Source: Octopus bimaculoides | Taxonomy: Eukaryota | DNA: 64,000 bases | NCBI RefSeq assembly: GCF_001194135.2 | Contig: NC_069004.1 | Span: forward strand, 33,649,755-33,713,754 | Direction of reading: 5' to 3' | In this document: piece by piece, positions 11,186-25,092 of the stretch | Layout of the letters: every line of letters starts with the position of its first letter | Numbering within the stretch: position 1 is the first letter of the stretch | Translations under genes and position numbers: made by a program | Notes under the pieces: model-generated | What the model was told of the DNA's origin: nothing | What the model saw: only the letters and a program-made list of their open reading frames with translations | Database searches by the model: none

Positions 11186-13329
11186 TAAAGAGATAGATAG
11201 AGAAAGAGATAGAGGAACGAGTAGGTGTGAAAAGGATGGCGATGGAACATATACATATTTGTGTGTGTGTGTGTGTGTGTGTGAGAGCGTGCGTGTGTGC
11301 GTGAGAGCGTGCGTGTGTGTGAGCGTACGTGTGTCTACGTGAGTGTGAATGTGATGTGGGTGCACATGTGCGTGTGAGTGCGTGTGTGTGTGTGTGTGTG
11401 TGAGAGAAAAATATTTATGAGTTTCCTTATTTCTAAACATTTCTCAGTTATGTCTATATCTGTATCTTCATATTTATACCTACATATATACATATATATA
11501 TATATATGTGTGTTTATATGTATGTATGTATGTTGGTGTAATGCGTTACACCAACAGCAGCTGCAGTAAATACTATTTATTAATGTTTCCTGTGTTCAAG
11601 CCATCACTGTTAAGACATGGACTAGAAACATCACCTGTGCTATGCACATACACTGCTGTGTAAAGGTATGTTAACGACTGGAGCTTATTAATCAATCAAC
11701 ACCTTGATTTACCTATCAGTAGACGAAGGTTGGGGGGTATGCACCTGAAGCCACCGGAGGTGGTTTTAGGTGCTAACTGCAGGATGGAGGATGTGGTATT
11801 TATTTATGTACCAGCAACCCAGCAGATGGAGCCAACGAGGGAGATTCTCTGTGGTCACTGGAGCTGCTAGAAGCAGCTACCAATTCTGCCTCATATCACA
11901 CTCTGCGACAGTTCTTCTCAACGAGGATTCATATGACTTTTGGAGGTCCATTTGAGATATTGGTCATACTTCTACAATACACAAAATGTTTAAAATTTTG
12001 TTTATATTCTTATACAATTCCTAATAATATTCAATTATAAATACACAATAACGTTTCTTTTAGACAAGATAGGAAAGAGCACATGATGGTCAGCTGCGTC
12101 AGTCTCTGCTGTGTAGCACGGCCTTGCCTAAAGTTCATAGTGAGCAGCCAGTGGTCATGAGCGCATGGCTGTGCTTGTGCTCATGTACCTGCTCTTTCTC
12201 CTGCTCAACTCCATCCACGTGGATGTGATTGTACTCCTCCTGCATCCCTTACACTGTCGATCTCCATCATGATTCAGCTCCTTGAAGCTTCGCTGCAAGG
12301 GTTCGGCAGCCAGTGGAAATGATAATTCTTTTCTACTCTAGGCACGAGGTCCGAAATTTTTCGAGATTCACCGTTCCAAAAAAGAATTAGTTCACGTTCT
12401 CTCAAAAGTTTCTAAATTCTTATGATCTGAACAACACTCTACAGTATTTTCCTTAAAGATGGGATGGTCGTGGCTGGAATGCTTTCAATCATAGAGCTGT
12501 TCAGTCAGGATTGACCAAGAGATAAGCAACAACAACAACAACAACAACAGTCTAAGGTGGCGAAGGTGATGGTGTTGATGTACCTGGTTAATTATGACTG
12601 TTGTAATATAAATATATAAACAAACACCTAATGTCTAAATAAATTAATTAGACACATGTTTCATGTACTAAGGAAACTGAACAATACCCCCCCCCCCAAT
12701 CCCCTCGAATACATGGTTTAACTATGAATATATAACACGTTGACAGTTCTTTCCTTCTCTTTGTCACACATGCTGTAATGATCATTGTTTAATGTCCATG
12801 TTCCATGCTGGCATGTGTTGAACAGGATCTGACAGGATCTGACAGGCCCAATGACTGCTCAGTGACTCAGTGTCTACTTTGGTATGGTTTTTGCAGCTGG
12901 ATGTCTTACCTAATGCCAACCACTTCAAAATGTGTAGAGGATGCTTCTTTTTTTGTTTTTGTGGCACCAGCACTAGTGAGGTCGCCATGAAGCTTGCAAA
13001 ACTAAGATGCTCTTTGACTGAGTGTGGCTATCAAGGGGGATGGAGATGGATTTAAGCTTGGAAATGAGGGGATTAAAGTCTGTGAGAAGGGGCCAGAGAG
13101 GAGCTATGTGTTTACTTACATTACACACACACATATATATAAACACACATATATATGTGTATGTATACACACATATAATATATACATGTATATGCACGCA
13201 CACATATAATATATATATATATATGTATATGTATATATATATATATCTGTATGTGTACATGTATAAGTGTATATATATATATATGCATATATATGTGTAT
13301 ATATGTGTGCGTGTGTGTGTATGTATGTA

Positions 13330-13390
<61 letters not shown>

Positions 13391-13482
13391 ATCACACACT
13401 CATATATATACATACACATGCATAACTGCACACATATATATCACATATACATATACATGGTTGCACATACAAACACACCCAT

Positions 13483-13515
<33 letters not shown>

Positions 13516-16230
13516 NNNNNNNNNNNNNNNNNNNNNNNNNNNNNNNNNNNNNNNNNNNNNNNNNNNNNNNNNNNNNNNNNNNNNNNNNNNNNNNNNNNNN
13601 NNNNNNNNNNNNNNNNNNNNNNNNNNNNNNNNNNNNNNNNNNNNNNNNNNNNNNNNNNNNNNNNNNNNNNNNNNNNNNNNNNNNNNNNNNNNNNNNNNNN
13701 NNNNNNNNNNNNNNNNNNNNNNNNNNNNNNNNNNNNNNNNNNNNNNNNNNNNNNNNNNNNNNNNNNNNNNNNNNNNNNNNNNNNNNNNNNNNNNNNNNNN
13801 NNNNNNNNNNNNNNNNNNNNNNNNNNNNNNNNNNNNNNNNNNNNNNNNNNNNNNNNNNNNNNNNNNNNNNNNNNNNNNNNNNNNNNNNNNNNNNNNNNNN
13901 NNNNNNNNNNNCACCACCACCACCACCACCACCACCACCACTAGTAGTGGTAATAAAGAGTTGGGTGGGGGTGGGGGCTCAGTTTCTTAAAGATATAAAC
14001 AAACCAATATAACAAGAAACCTAAAAGGGTTTTTTTTTTGAGGGGAGGGGTAACATAATGGAAATAAGCAAAACCCCCTCCTCTACTCCCCTTCCCTTTT
14101 TTATCCCAATTTTTTGACATCTAAAACAAAAGGGCTGTAGAATTCCATCTGTTTCCCTTCTTGCAACCCCACCCACCACCACCACCACCAGCACTTCCTC
14201 CCAACACATAATCTCAGTTGAGGTTTGGTTCGATTAGGGTAGGGTAGACATTGCAAGCCTATGCAGCCCCCCTCCCCACCAGAAGCAGTGCTCCAGCATG
14301 ACCACAATACTATGAAAGAAACAAGGTATAAAACGAACTATAATGAAGGAGCCTCAGTCTATGCGGACACGATGCTAGGTTAGTTTTTTTCCCTTCGTCC
14401 TTGATCAAATACTCTCCATCTATGACCATCCTGCCTTTTTCCATAGGAAGCTTACACCGATGCCCTATTAGCCAATGTGATATTCTGTTTTCTTCTTTAG
14501 TTGGTAAAATTTTATTTGAGGACAATTTGGTTGCTATTTCTAGCAGATCAGGTGACCACATAGAGGCTACTTATTGGTTGGTTTGACCTGATTCCTTGGT
14601 GATTGAACCTGGTGGAACTGAAAACTAACAAACACACACACACACACACACACACATACACACACTCACTCACTCACAATCACACACACACATACAAACA
14701 CGCACATATGCAATCACATGCATATAAACACGCACACACCCCCACCAACATAATCTTTAATTTCCACAAGCGATATTGTGCACTCTACACCCCTGACCAC
14801 TCCGCTGGCGCCACTGGTCCCTACCTCTGGCAACATGAGAAGCTCCATTAACTTCATTATTGCATCTCGTTAGATCCTCATTAACTTCAGAAATGTACGA
14901 CTTGTAAAGTGAAACTACAACTAACTGACCAGCTCTGTAACAAGAAACCCTCTTTCATATCTACATTAAGGACTCAGTCGGGATTCTTCTCTTTACAGAG
15001 AAAATCATCCTTGAGACGGGGGAGGGAATAATTTACCGATTTCTTAAATCTATCATCACCATCATCATCATCATCATCATTGAATGTCTGTTTTTCCATG
15101 CTGGCATGGGTTGGACAGTTTGACAGATGCTGGCAAGCCAGAAGACTGCACTAAGCTCCATTGTCTGTTTTGGCAGGATTTTTACAGCTGGACGCCCTTC
15201 CTAATGCTGGCCAGTGCTTTTTTCTGTGGTGTCGCCACTGGAGAGGTTCTCTTTTGGCATGGTTTTCACTGCTGGATGCCCTTCGTAATGCCAACCACCA
15301 CCACCAGATGGTGTGATCTGTAGCAGCTCATCTTGCAGTTGAATGTCAAGTGTCACAGAGGGTTCACTGACCAAAGAACCACTGATTGCCGGAGCAGATA
15401 TAACCTGGGTCAGAAGTGAGTTCTTTACGAGGGGGGCTCAACAAGAGCTTCCTTAGAAAGTTTATGTTGTAGTGAAAATGGATTGGAAAAAAAATGGAGG
15501 TGATTGAAAGAGTGGTGGTCGTGGGGAGGAGAGGCACAGAACTGATGAGTGGATTGGTAGAGGTGGTGGTGGTTGTGCTGATGGGGGCTGAATTGATTCT
15601 GGTGGTGGTGGTGATGGGAATACAGTAGCAGTCAGATTAGCTGTAGTAGCAGTAGTAGTGGTGGTGGTGGTGGCAGTAGAGCCCTGAATTGATGGTGGTG
15701 GTGGTGGTGGTGGTGGTGGTGATAGTGATATTTAGGAGAGAGATTGGTGATAATGGACAGGTGGTGGTGATGGAGGTGGTGATGGATCGACCAGTGGTGG
15801 CAGCGGGAGCACTGATGGGTGAACAATGGATTAGTGATAATGGTCATGGAGGTAGTGTTGTTGTTGTTGTTGTCGAAGCATAAATTAAGTTGGTTAAGTG
15901 AGTAACGATGGATTCATGGTATTGGTGATGGTGGTGGAGGTGGTGGTAGTGAAGGAGGTGTTCTTAGTGATGGCAGGTGGTGGTGGTGAGAGAGGGAGGG
16001 ATTAATGGTGAAGTCCTAAACCGATAGGATTGAACAGTGGTGGCATGTGAAAGGTGGGTTGATGGTGGATTATTTAATTAAGTTGACTAAATAATTAGAC
16101 TGTTGTCTAACGACACTTTGGATCATTTCTGCCTTTTTTTTTTTAATCTAGGATCAGGATTATCCAGTCAAAGGAATCTACTTCAGCTATGACATCAAGC
16201 AATCAATTGATTATTTAATTAATTAACAAA

Positions 16231-16270
<40 letters not shown>

Positions 16271-16271
16271 C

Positions 16272-16306
<35 letters not shown>

Positions 16307-16309
16307 TGC

Positions 16310-16365
<56 letters not shown>

Positions 16366-16589
16366 GTCAGCCTTTTATGTAGCCACATCTCCATCAAATC
16401 ACACTTGACTATCAAAGAATTAGATGAAGGAAGGACACATTGGACAATGTAGTCCAAGATGGACAATGCCTGAAAACAGGATAGTAAAGCCATTGCTGCA
16501 ACATCTTTGATTACAGAGTTATAACCTGATGGTTAAACATTCACTACTACTACTACTACTAAGAAAGCCAGTGGAGGTGCTTCTAAGAG

Positions 16590-16930
16590 GTCATTTGACT
16601 TCCTTGAAATAACAGCTAACTTTACATCCACCATCTTTAAGAAGAGGAAGGACACATTCACAGACCACCTCCTTACTACAACCAACACAATCACCTCCAT
16701 ACTGCAACCAATATAATCAGACTGTTTCCCCTGAGCCAATGATGGAGCTTCTACATCTCAACCTGATAGAAATAACACCTAAACTCCCTCAAGTTACACC
16801 CTACTATTCTGAGAAAAAGGAAGGACACATTGGACAATATAGTTGTGGATATATAAATAGATGGGATGGTCATGGTTGGAATAGAATGTCTCTGATCATG
16901 GGTTTATTCAACCAGGGTTGAATAACAACT
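16590..16930 (+). mobile_element. Abundant (CAA)n-tailed interspersed repeat (ctagaaatagcagcc...ggatggtcatggctggaatgc...), representative copy
   Basis: Same motifs recur near 3480, 10430, 12450, 25520, 40550, 41730, 43665, 44590, 45160, 50070, 61220; class not determined, tail suggests a retroposon. Confidence 0.6.
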
Positions 16931-17792
16931 ATCACCCCCACCCCACCACCACCACCACCACTACCACCACAACCACCATCAGACAACCACAGCTAGTGCT
17001 ATACTACTTCCATCACTACCACTGCCGCCACAGCCACNNNNNNNNNNNNNNNNNNNNNNNNNNNNNNNNNNNNNNNNNNNNNNNNNNNNNNNNNNNNNNN
17101 NNNNNNNNNNNNNNNNNNNNNNNNNNNNNNNNNNNNNNNNNNNNNNNNNNNNNNNNNNNNNNNNNNNNNNNNNNNNNNNNNNNNNNNNNNNNNNNNNNNN
17201 NNNNNNNNNNNNNNNNNNNNNNNNNNNNNNNNNNNNNNNNNNNNNNNNNNNNNNNNNNNNNNNNNNNNNNNNNNNNNNNNNNNNNNNNNNNNNNNNNNNN
17301 NNNNNNNNNNNNNNNNNNNNNNNNNNNNNNNNNNNNNNNNNNNNNNNNNNNNNNNNNNNNNNNNNNNNNNNNNNNNNNNNNNNNNNNNNNNNNNNNNNNN
17401 NNNNNNNNNNNNNNNNNNNNNNNNNNNNNNNNNNNNNNNNNNNNNNNNNNNNNNNNNNNNNNNNNNNNNNNNNNNNNNNNNNNNNNNNNNNNNNNNNNNN
17501 NNNNNNNNNNNNNNNNNNNNNNNNNNNNNNNNNNNNNNNNNNNNNNNNNNNNNNNNNNNNNNNNNNNNNNNNNNNNNNNNNNNNNNNNNNNNNNNNNNNN
17601 NNNNNNNNNNNNNNNNNNNNNNNNNNNNNNNNNNNNNNNNNNNNNNNNNNNNNNNNNNNNNNNNNNNNNNNNNNNNNNNNNNNNNNNNNNNNNNNNNNNN
17701 NNNNNNNNNNNNNNNNNNNNNNNNNNNNNNNNNNNNNNNNNNNNNNNNNNNNNNNNNNNNNNNNNNNNNNNNNNNNNNNNNNNNNNNNNNNN

Positions 17793-17855
<63 letters not shown>

Positions 17856-18529
17856 CATATCCATAGTAATGTATACATACTGTAATATATATATATCCAC
17901 ACACACACACACACACACGGCCACCCAGTTTCCCAAAAGAATCTCGATGGTACTCAATGCCAAGTACCACCTGTCTTGGAAACTGACATAATAGAGCAGC
18001 CAGCCTCCACACACACAGATCTCCAGATAGCGCAAAACTGCCCTGACATTATTTTCCAAAACACAAACGGTAATAATGTATTAATAATTGACAAGAGTTG
18101 TAATTAACGAGTGAACTACGAATGGCGTACGGACGCGAGCTGCAAAGAAACTGGGGAATTACGCAGGAATATGCTGCTCTGTTGAATGGTAGACATTAAC
18201 GACGGGGAAGAAGGAAAATACCAATACCAAAGGGTTTGTAAATGTTAACGAGGAAATTAAAACTTCTGCAGATGGAATGGTTGGACTGGAATGTCTGTGA
18301 TTATGTCTGCAGGAAGAGAGCAGCAGCAGGCACTGCTAACGGTGCTGCCAACAATGATGACAGAAGTCACAACAATGACAACACAACACAGCTCTTCAAT
18401 TTGAATTTATTATCCGACTCATGCTAATACAAGCTACCACCACCACCACCACCACCTTCACAAACAGCAGCAGTACCCTGGCAAAAAGCTAAACCTGCCG
18501 ACTCTAGGGACTATGGTTTTTTATTAGGC

Positions 18530-18660
18530 ACAGGCATGACTGTTTGGTTAGGGAGCTTGCTTCCCAGCCACATGGTTTCAGGTTCAGTCCCACTGCATAG
18601 AACCTTGGGCAAGTGTCTTCTGCTATAGCTTCAGGCTGACCAAAGCCTTGTGATTGAATA
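18530..18660 (+). mobile_element. CORE-type SINE head
   Basis: ggttcagtcccact and accttgggcaagtgtctt (CORE motif). Confidence 0.8.
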
Positions 18661-18714
18661 GGCGGAAGTTTCCATTGTGTGTGTAAATATTTGTGCCTCC
18701 TGACAGAGAGGACG

Positions 18715-18920
18715 GAGATTCTTCTGTTCCAGTCCATGATTCTCTTGCTGTGGTCAATGATGCTTCATCAACCAAAAAGAGGTGGATGCTTCAGTGCAGA
18801 AGTTCTTCACCTCAAATGACAAGAACTGGCATCAGCATGGAAGTCAAAGAATTTGCAGATAAGTGGTTTCAGATGATGCAACACGATGATGGCTGCTTTT
18901 ATTATAACTCGAAGAATAAA
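18715..18920 (+). pseudogene. Tc1/mariner transposase C-terminal relic
   Basis: Frameshifted pieces LFQSM, EVDASVQKFFTSNDKNWHQHG, KEFADKWFQMMQHDDGCFY resemble the mariner C-terminus (HLFRSM...EV...EFF.SK...Y..GI..L..RW...DG.YF). Confidence 0.65.
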
Positions 18921-19342
18921 GCAAAACAGTGACCACAATATTGCAAAACCTTAGAGACCACTAAGTCTACTAATTCTTGTTGACCATATTCAGTACTCTG
19001 TCAGGACTATATTGATACGGTACCGTGGTCACAACCAGACCTACTGATTCTAGTTGATTATATTTAGTACCCTGGATAACATCAACTGTAGTGACTATAT
19101 TTCTATGGTACCCTGGCTATCGTATCTCCAGCTGCTTCAGATGCCAAGATATCAAAAATTATCAAAGTGTAGTAGAACGGTTTTGTTATGGAATGGTGAA
19201 AAACTATTCTTTACATTTCCTGAAAAAGCAACGTTTTGGACCCACGACACTTTTGCATAATAACAACGATATACATACATACATACATATATATATATAT
19301 ATATCATCATCATCATCATTATCATCGTTTAACGTCCGCTTT

Positions 19343-19373
<31 letters not shown>

Positions 19374-20203
19374 NNNNNNNNNNNNNNNNNNNNNNNNNNN
19401 NNNNNNNNNNNNNNNNNNNNNNNNNNNNNNNNNNNNNNNNNNNNNNNNNNNNNNNNNNNNNNNNNNNNNNNNNNNNNNNNNNNNNNNNNNNNNNNNNNNN
19501 NNNNNNNNNNNNNNNNNNNNNNNNNNNNNNNNNNNNNNNNNNNNNNNNNNNNNNNNNNNNNNNNNNNNNNNNNNNNNNNNNNNNNNNNNNNNNNNNNNNN
19601 NNNNNNNNNNNNNNNNNNNNNNNNNNNNNNNNNNNNNNNNNNNNNNNNNNNNNNNNNNNNNNNNNNNNNNNNNNNNNNNNNNNNNNNNNNNNNNNNNNNN
19701 NNNNNNNNNNNNNNNNNNNNNNNNNNNNNNNNNNNNNNNNNNNNNNNNNNNNNNNNNNNNNNNNNNNNNNNNNNNNNNNNNNNNNNNNNNNNNNNNNNNN
19801 NNNNNNNNNNNNNNNNNNNNNNNNNNNNNNNNNNNNNNNNNNNNNNNNNNNNNNNNNNNNNNNNNNNNNNNNNNNNNNNNNNNNNNNNNNNNNNNNNNNN
19901 NNNNNNNNNNNNNNNNNNNNNNNNNNNNNNNNNNNNNNNNNNNNNNNNNNNNNNNNNNNNNNNNNNNNNNNNNNNNNNNNNNNNNNNNNNNNNNNNNNNN
20001 NNNNNNNNNNNNNNNNNNNNNNNNNNNNNNNNNNNNNNNNNNNNNNNNNNNNNNNNNNNNNNNNNNNNNNNNNNNNNNNNNNNNNNNNNNNNNNNNNNNN
20101 NNNNNNNNNNNNNNNNNNNNNNNNNNNNNNCACTGCAACCACCACCAGAGGGTGGTTGTACTCCATGGAGTAACATCAGACTAAACCACTGCTGTATGGA
20201 AAG

Positions 20204-20260
<57 letters not shown>

Positions 20261-20565
20261 GAGTCAGATATTAACACACATACATGCACACCAGACGTCA
20301 CTACACAAATTGGTATATCTATGGACACCCATAGACATAAACACACAGACACGCACATACATGGACATCATAACGCACATACTCAGACATTAACACACAC
20401 ACACACACATACACGAGCACACACACACTCACATTAAGACGCATAACTGTTACGTTATATGGATTGACACAGAAAAAAGATGATGTGTTTTTCCAGAGAT
20501 TTCATACCAGAATGTAAACTGCTTAAATCTGGAAAATATCTTCACCTTTCTCAGGGTAGATACCA

Positions 20566-20602
<37 letters not shown>

Positions 20603-20766
20603 TGTATGTATGTTTAGGCACAAATATGGCTGTATGTTTAAGAAGTTTGCTTTCATTGGGCAAGTGCCTGCTGCTATAGCCCTAGGCTGACCAAAGCCTT
20701 GTGAGTAGGTCTGAAAGAAGAAAACTGAAAGAAGCCTATCATATGTACATGTATGTGTCTGTGTGA

Positions 20767-20846
<80 letters not shown>

Positions 20847-20884
20847 TCAGAGGGATTAGTAATCCAAGCACAATACTTCTCTAG

Positions 20885-21504
20885 TTCTCTGCAGATAAAA
20901 ATACACCAGGCTCACAAAAAAGTCTTGTGATCAGTGTTATTCTCCAAGTAATCTGAAATCAAAGTCCACCATCAGGCGAATTTGTATGCCCATGGTTCCA
21001 TTATCCAGTTAAGATGGTCAGAAGTTTTCGGCTAGTGGTTTTCTGTCAATCATTTGATCACTGGATAAGATTGAACCATGAATGCACTGAAATGCATATC
21101 TGCAACAACTGTAAACCATACAAGACAAAGTCTTGATTTATCAAAATTATCTTCCTTTCCAGAGAAGTGTGAAAAAATACCTTATTATTATTCAGGACCG
21201 ACTCAAACTGAGGAGTGGAGATAATCTCAAGAATCAAAGAATACTCCAGAATTGGCAGGCCCTTACAGAAAATATAGTCTGATTGTCTGAGATGAGCAGA
21301 CTGCTGTTCACATATGTTTCTGCCTCAATCAGCATCATCAGGTCAGCAGTTGTCTGAACTTGACTTCAGAAGAAAAAGAACCTTGGCGAAGGTTGACCTT
21401 AAAATGCTGAACTTCACAAAGGAGACAACAAAGGACAGCTGCAAATAATGGCACTTTGCCGGGAAGATCTGTCCAACCCATACAAACATGGGAACATGAT
21501 GATG
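20885..21504 (+). mobile_element. Decayed RTE-clade LINE 3' end
   Basis: Broken frame ...CLR*ADCCSHM...RRKRTLAKVDLKMLNFTKETTKDSCK*W resembles the RTE C-terminal RLRW.GH..RM...R.R..W...DLK.L...KE.TKDR..W block; ends gtccaacccatacaaacatgggaacatgatgatg. Confidence 0.5.
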
Positions 21505-21826
21505 GTATATATTATACATGGATATATTATTTATACATACATACATATATATATATATATTACAGACATATAATAGACTTGTAAGTACATATCTTATCTT
21601 TATATCTGGCAGCAACATTCACTAAATATGTTCACACATACATGGAAACCCATTCACATGGATGTGTGCGTGTATGTATGAGTGATACACTAACATCCAT
21701 AAAGTCACTAAACATCTCTCTACAACACTTACAAAATAAATACATAAATTACATGTACACACACATTCACTCTGTGTATGTATGTTTGTATATATTGTAT
21801 GTATGTATGTATTTACTTACATAAAT

Positions 21827-21865
<39 letters not shown>

Positions 21866-22001
21866 TGTGTGTGCATTACTTTGTAACAGCCATTAAACAC
21901 ATACACACCACTCCACTTATCTAAAGATCTTTCTATAACATTCCATTGTTGGATACTCACACATAGACACAGAGTCACATACAGCTGTTAGATATAGGAG
22001 T

Positions 22002-22046
<45 letters not shown>

Positions 22047-23524
22047 CATACATACACACACTTAAAGATCCCATCTGCACTGTTCAGAAAGGATGGGGGA
22101 CGGGAAGAGGACCCAAGATCCACCTGTCAACAATAGGGGCTTTCAGCCTCCCTGCTCTCCCCCCCCCACCATTCCTCCGCACTGCCATTTCAGCTTACCC
22201 CATTCCATCCATGATATTTGACACCCACCCACTCACCTCACCCCCATTATTTCAAATTATAATTTACAAAGGAGGCAGTGGTGGGCAGGGGTAAGGGTTT
22301 CACTACTTCTCTTCACCCCAGCAACAACTTGTAGAGAACTCAGTATGGAAATCTAATAAGTTAAGCCTTATATGGAATCCTAAATTCCTTCTGTAACCTC
22401 CTCTGCAACGAAGATGCCAACTTTATTCCAGTCATGTTCCTACTGAATCTCTGACAGCTTTAATTTACTCCAACGAAATACCATATTTGATACATAGAAT
22501 ACAAGTTCTGTACTATTCTTGAACAGTTCTGTTTCCTGTACAGGGTTTGCTGACCCTGCTGGTGCTGGTGCCATGTAAAAAGCATCCAGACCACACTGTA
22601 AAGTGGTTGGCATTTGGAAGGGCATCCAGTTGTAAAAGCCATGCCAAAAAAACCTTGCTTGTGCTTGTGCCACGTAAAAAGCACTGAGTCCACTCTGCTG
22701 AACTACCAATCCAGAGCAGTAATAAAATGATGGAACCGTTAGAGGGTTAAGCAGAGATGCATTATGATGTCTGTTCCAGCCTTGTGATGAAACTGGTGCC
22801 AAGTCATATTGGCCCAAGTCGACAGTCTTTCTCTTGGATAGAAAATCTGTGGTGAGGTGAAGAGAGAAACTTGCATATATGGACAACTACTTGTCTGTGT
22901 CAAAGAATTTTATCCTAGCCTGCCTACACATATGTAAGGGCATGGTCAATCTTGACCATTGGAGGCACTAGAATAGCAGCCTCAGGTCAATTCTAATCAC
23001 ACAGACGTATGATTAAAGGTATGTAGGAACAAGTTATCGAATGTGTGGTCTTGTCCTTGCTTAAGGTAATGAATTGGTCACCATAAAGGTGTTGTACTTT
23101 GAAGATTAGACTGCTATTTCTTGCATATTGCATGAACTCATAGAGGCTTCATGGGTCTAGGTAGTGTATCATTCCCCGAATCTATTTCGCATTAGTAACC
23201 ACGGAAAAATGAAGTGCCATTGTTTTCATAGTCTATGCTTGCTTGCTGGCTTGCCGGCTTCTTTCAGTATCAATCCAGCTATCTCAGGCATCTTAGAAAC
23301 TACTGAAGCTAAAGACGTTGGAATATGTGTGTGTGTGTGTGTGTGAACATAAAAACACACACACATATACACACACATGCGTATATATATATATCTACAT
23401 GCATGCACCTATCTATACAGGTATGCATAGATTGATAGATGTATATACACACACACACATATGCATGTATGCATACATATATACATGCATACACACACAC
23501 ACAAACATTTATATATATGTATGA

Positions 23525-23578
<54 letters not shown>

Positions 23579-24848
23579 NNNNNNNNNNNNNNNNNNNNNN
23601 NNNNNNNNNNNNNNNNNNNNNNNNNNNNNNNNNNNNNNNNNNNNNNNNNNNNNNNNNNNNNNNNNNNNNNNNNNNNNNNNNNNNNNNNNNNNNNNNNNNN
23701 NNNNNNNNNNNNNNNNNNNNNNNNNNNNNNNNNNNNNNNNNNNNNNNNNNNNNNNNNNNNNNNNNNNNNNNNNNNNNNNNNNNNNNNNNNNNNNNNNNNN
23801 NNNNNNNNNNNNNNNNNNNNNNNNNNNNNNNNNNNNNNNNNNNNNNNNNNNNNNNNNNNNNNNNNNNNNNNNNNNNNNNNNNNNNNNNNNNNNNNNNNNN
23901 NNNNNNNNNNNNNNNNNNNNNNNNNNNNNNNNNNNNNNNNNNNNNNNNNNNNNNNNNNNNNNNNNNNNNNNNNNNNNNNNNNNNNNNNNNNNNNNNNNNN
24001 NNNNNNNNNNNNNNNNNNNNNNNNNNNNNNNNNNNNNNNNNNNNNNNNNNNNNNNNNNNNNNNNNNNNNNNNNNNNNNNNNNNNNNNNNNNNNNNNNNNN
24101 NNNNNNNNNNNNNNNNNNNNNNNNNNNNNTTTGTTCATTTAGAAATGCTTCTTCTGGCTTCCGTTGGGTACATGAAGTACCCGGCTCTGATTCAACATGA
24201 CATATACTAGATGATGTGTGTGGGTGTGTGGGTGGGTGGGTGATGTTTTGTACCTAAAATATCCAAGTAACTGAGAGTAGAAATGTAGAATTTCTAAAAC
24301 TGCAGAGGAAAAAGAAGGAAAAAAAATGAATTTTTAAAATTTTATTTTCGCAATCATTTGAAGAAAGAAAAACATTGCAGGTTATTTGAAGAACGAAAGG
24401 AAGCTGGATGGAAATGATGCAAAAAGATGGTGAAGAAAGAGGAAGTTAGGTAACATGGTTGGTCAATTTGAATCATGTCTACAGGAATATTACTAGAAGG
24501 AAGCAAAGAAATGTTGTAAAGAAAAAAAAACGCAAAAAAAAAAAACCAGACAAATAATGAAATAAATGAAATGTTATTGTTGTTGTTGTTGTTGTCATCA
24601 TCAAAAGCAGCAACAACAACAACAGAAGCAGTGGCACTAAATGTCTCTGGTGAAGGAATTGCTTTAGTTGCAACAAACATCACCACCACCACCACCCAAA
24701 TTACAACAACAACAACACAAACACAAACACTAACAACAACAACAACAACAACAACAGTAGCAGCAATACTGCCATGTCTTCCACCAGTATCAACAATAAC
24801 ACAAGAAGCACCATCACCACTACCACTACCACCACCACTACCACCACC

Positions 24849-24895
<47 letters not shown>

Positions 24896-24897
<2 letters not shown>

Positions 24898-25060
24898 CTC
24901 AAAAAGACAAGAAAACAACAACAAAAAACAACGTGAGGACGTGATACAGATTGTGTTACTAGACGCTCGGGAAAGGAAAGAGAGAGAATATGACGTTTCG
25001 AGCGGAGCTCTTCATCGGAAACAAAGAAAGTCCAAAGAAGGGAAAAACGGAGGAAGAAAA

Positions 25061-25062
<2 letters not shown>
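24896..25062 (-). mobile_element. Second copy of the Penelope-like fragment with hammerhead-like motif
   Basis: Minus strand CCGATGA-A-GAGC(TCC)GCTC-GAAAC-GTC at 25018-24992; flanked by (TA)n on both sides. Confidence 0.55.

Positions 25063-25092
<30 letters not shown>

Noticed and set aside
12070-12320. Balanced-composition block resembling an exon
   Set aside because: Stops in all frames examined and no convincing splice pair; probably an unclassified repeat fragment.
14380-14470. MVIDGEYLI similarity to an RTE RT segment on minus
   Set aside because: Too short, with no flanking motif support.
15542-15570. CTGATGAG hammerhead-like core
   Set aside because: No stem II or downstream GAAA; lies in a GGT-rich low-complexity tract.
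13022-20393. Long ORFs of 250-385 aa spanning N runs (also 50246-51637, 55225-56557)
   Set aside because: Length is produced by N-gaps and (TA)n or (CA)n repeats.
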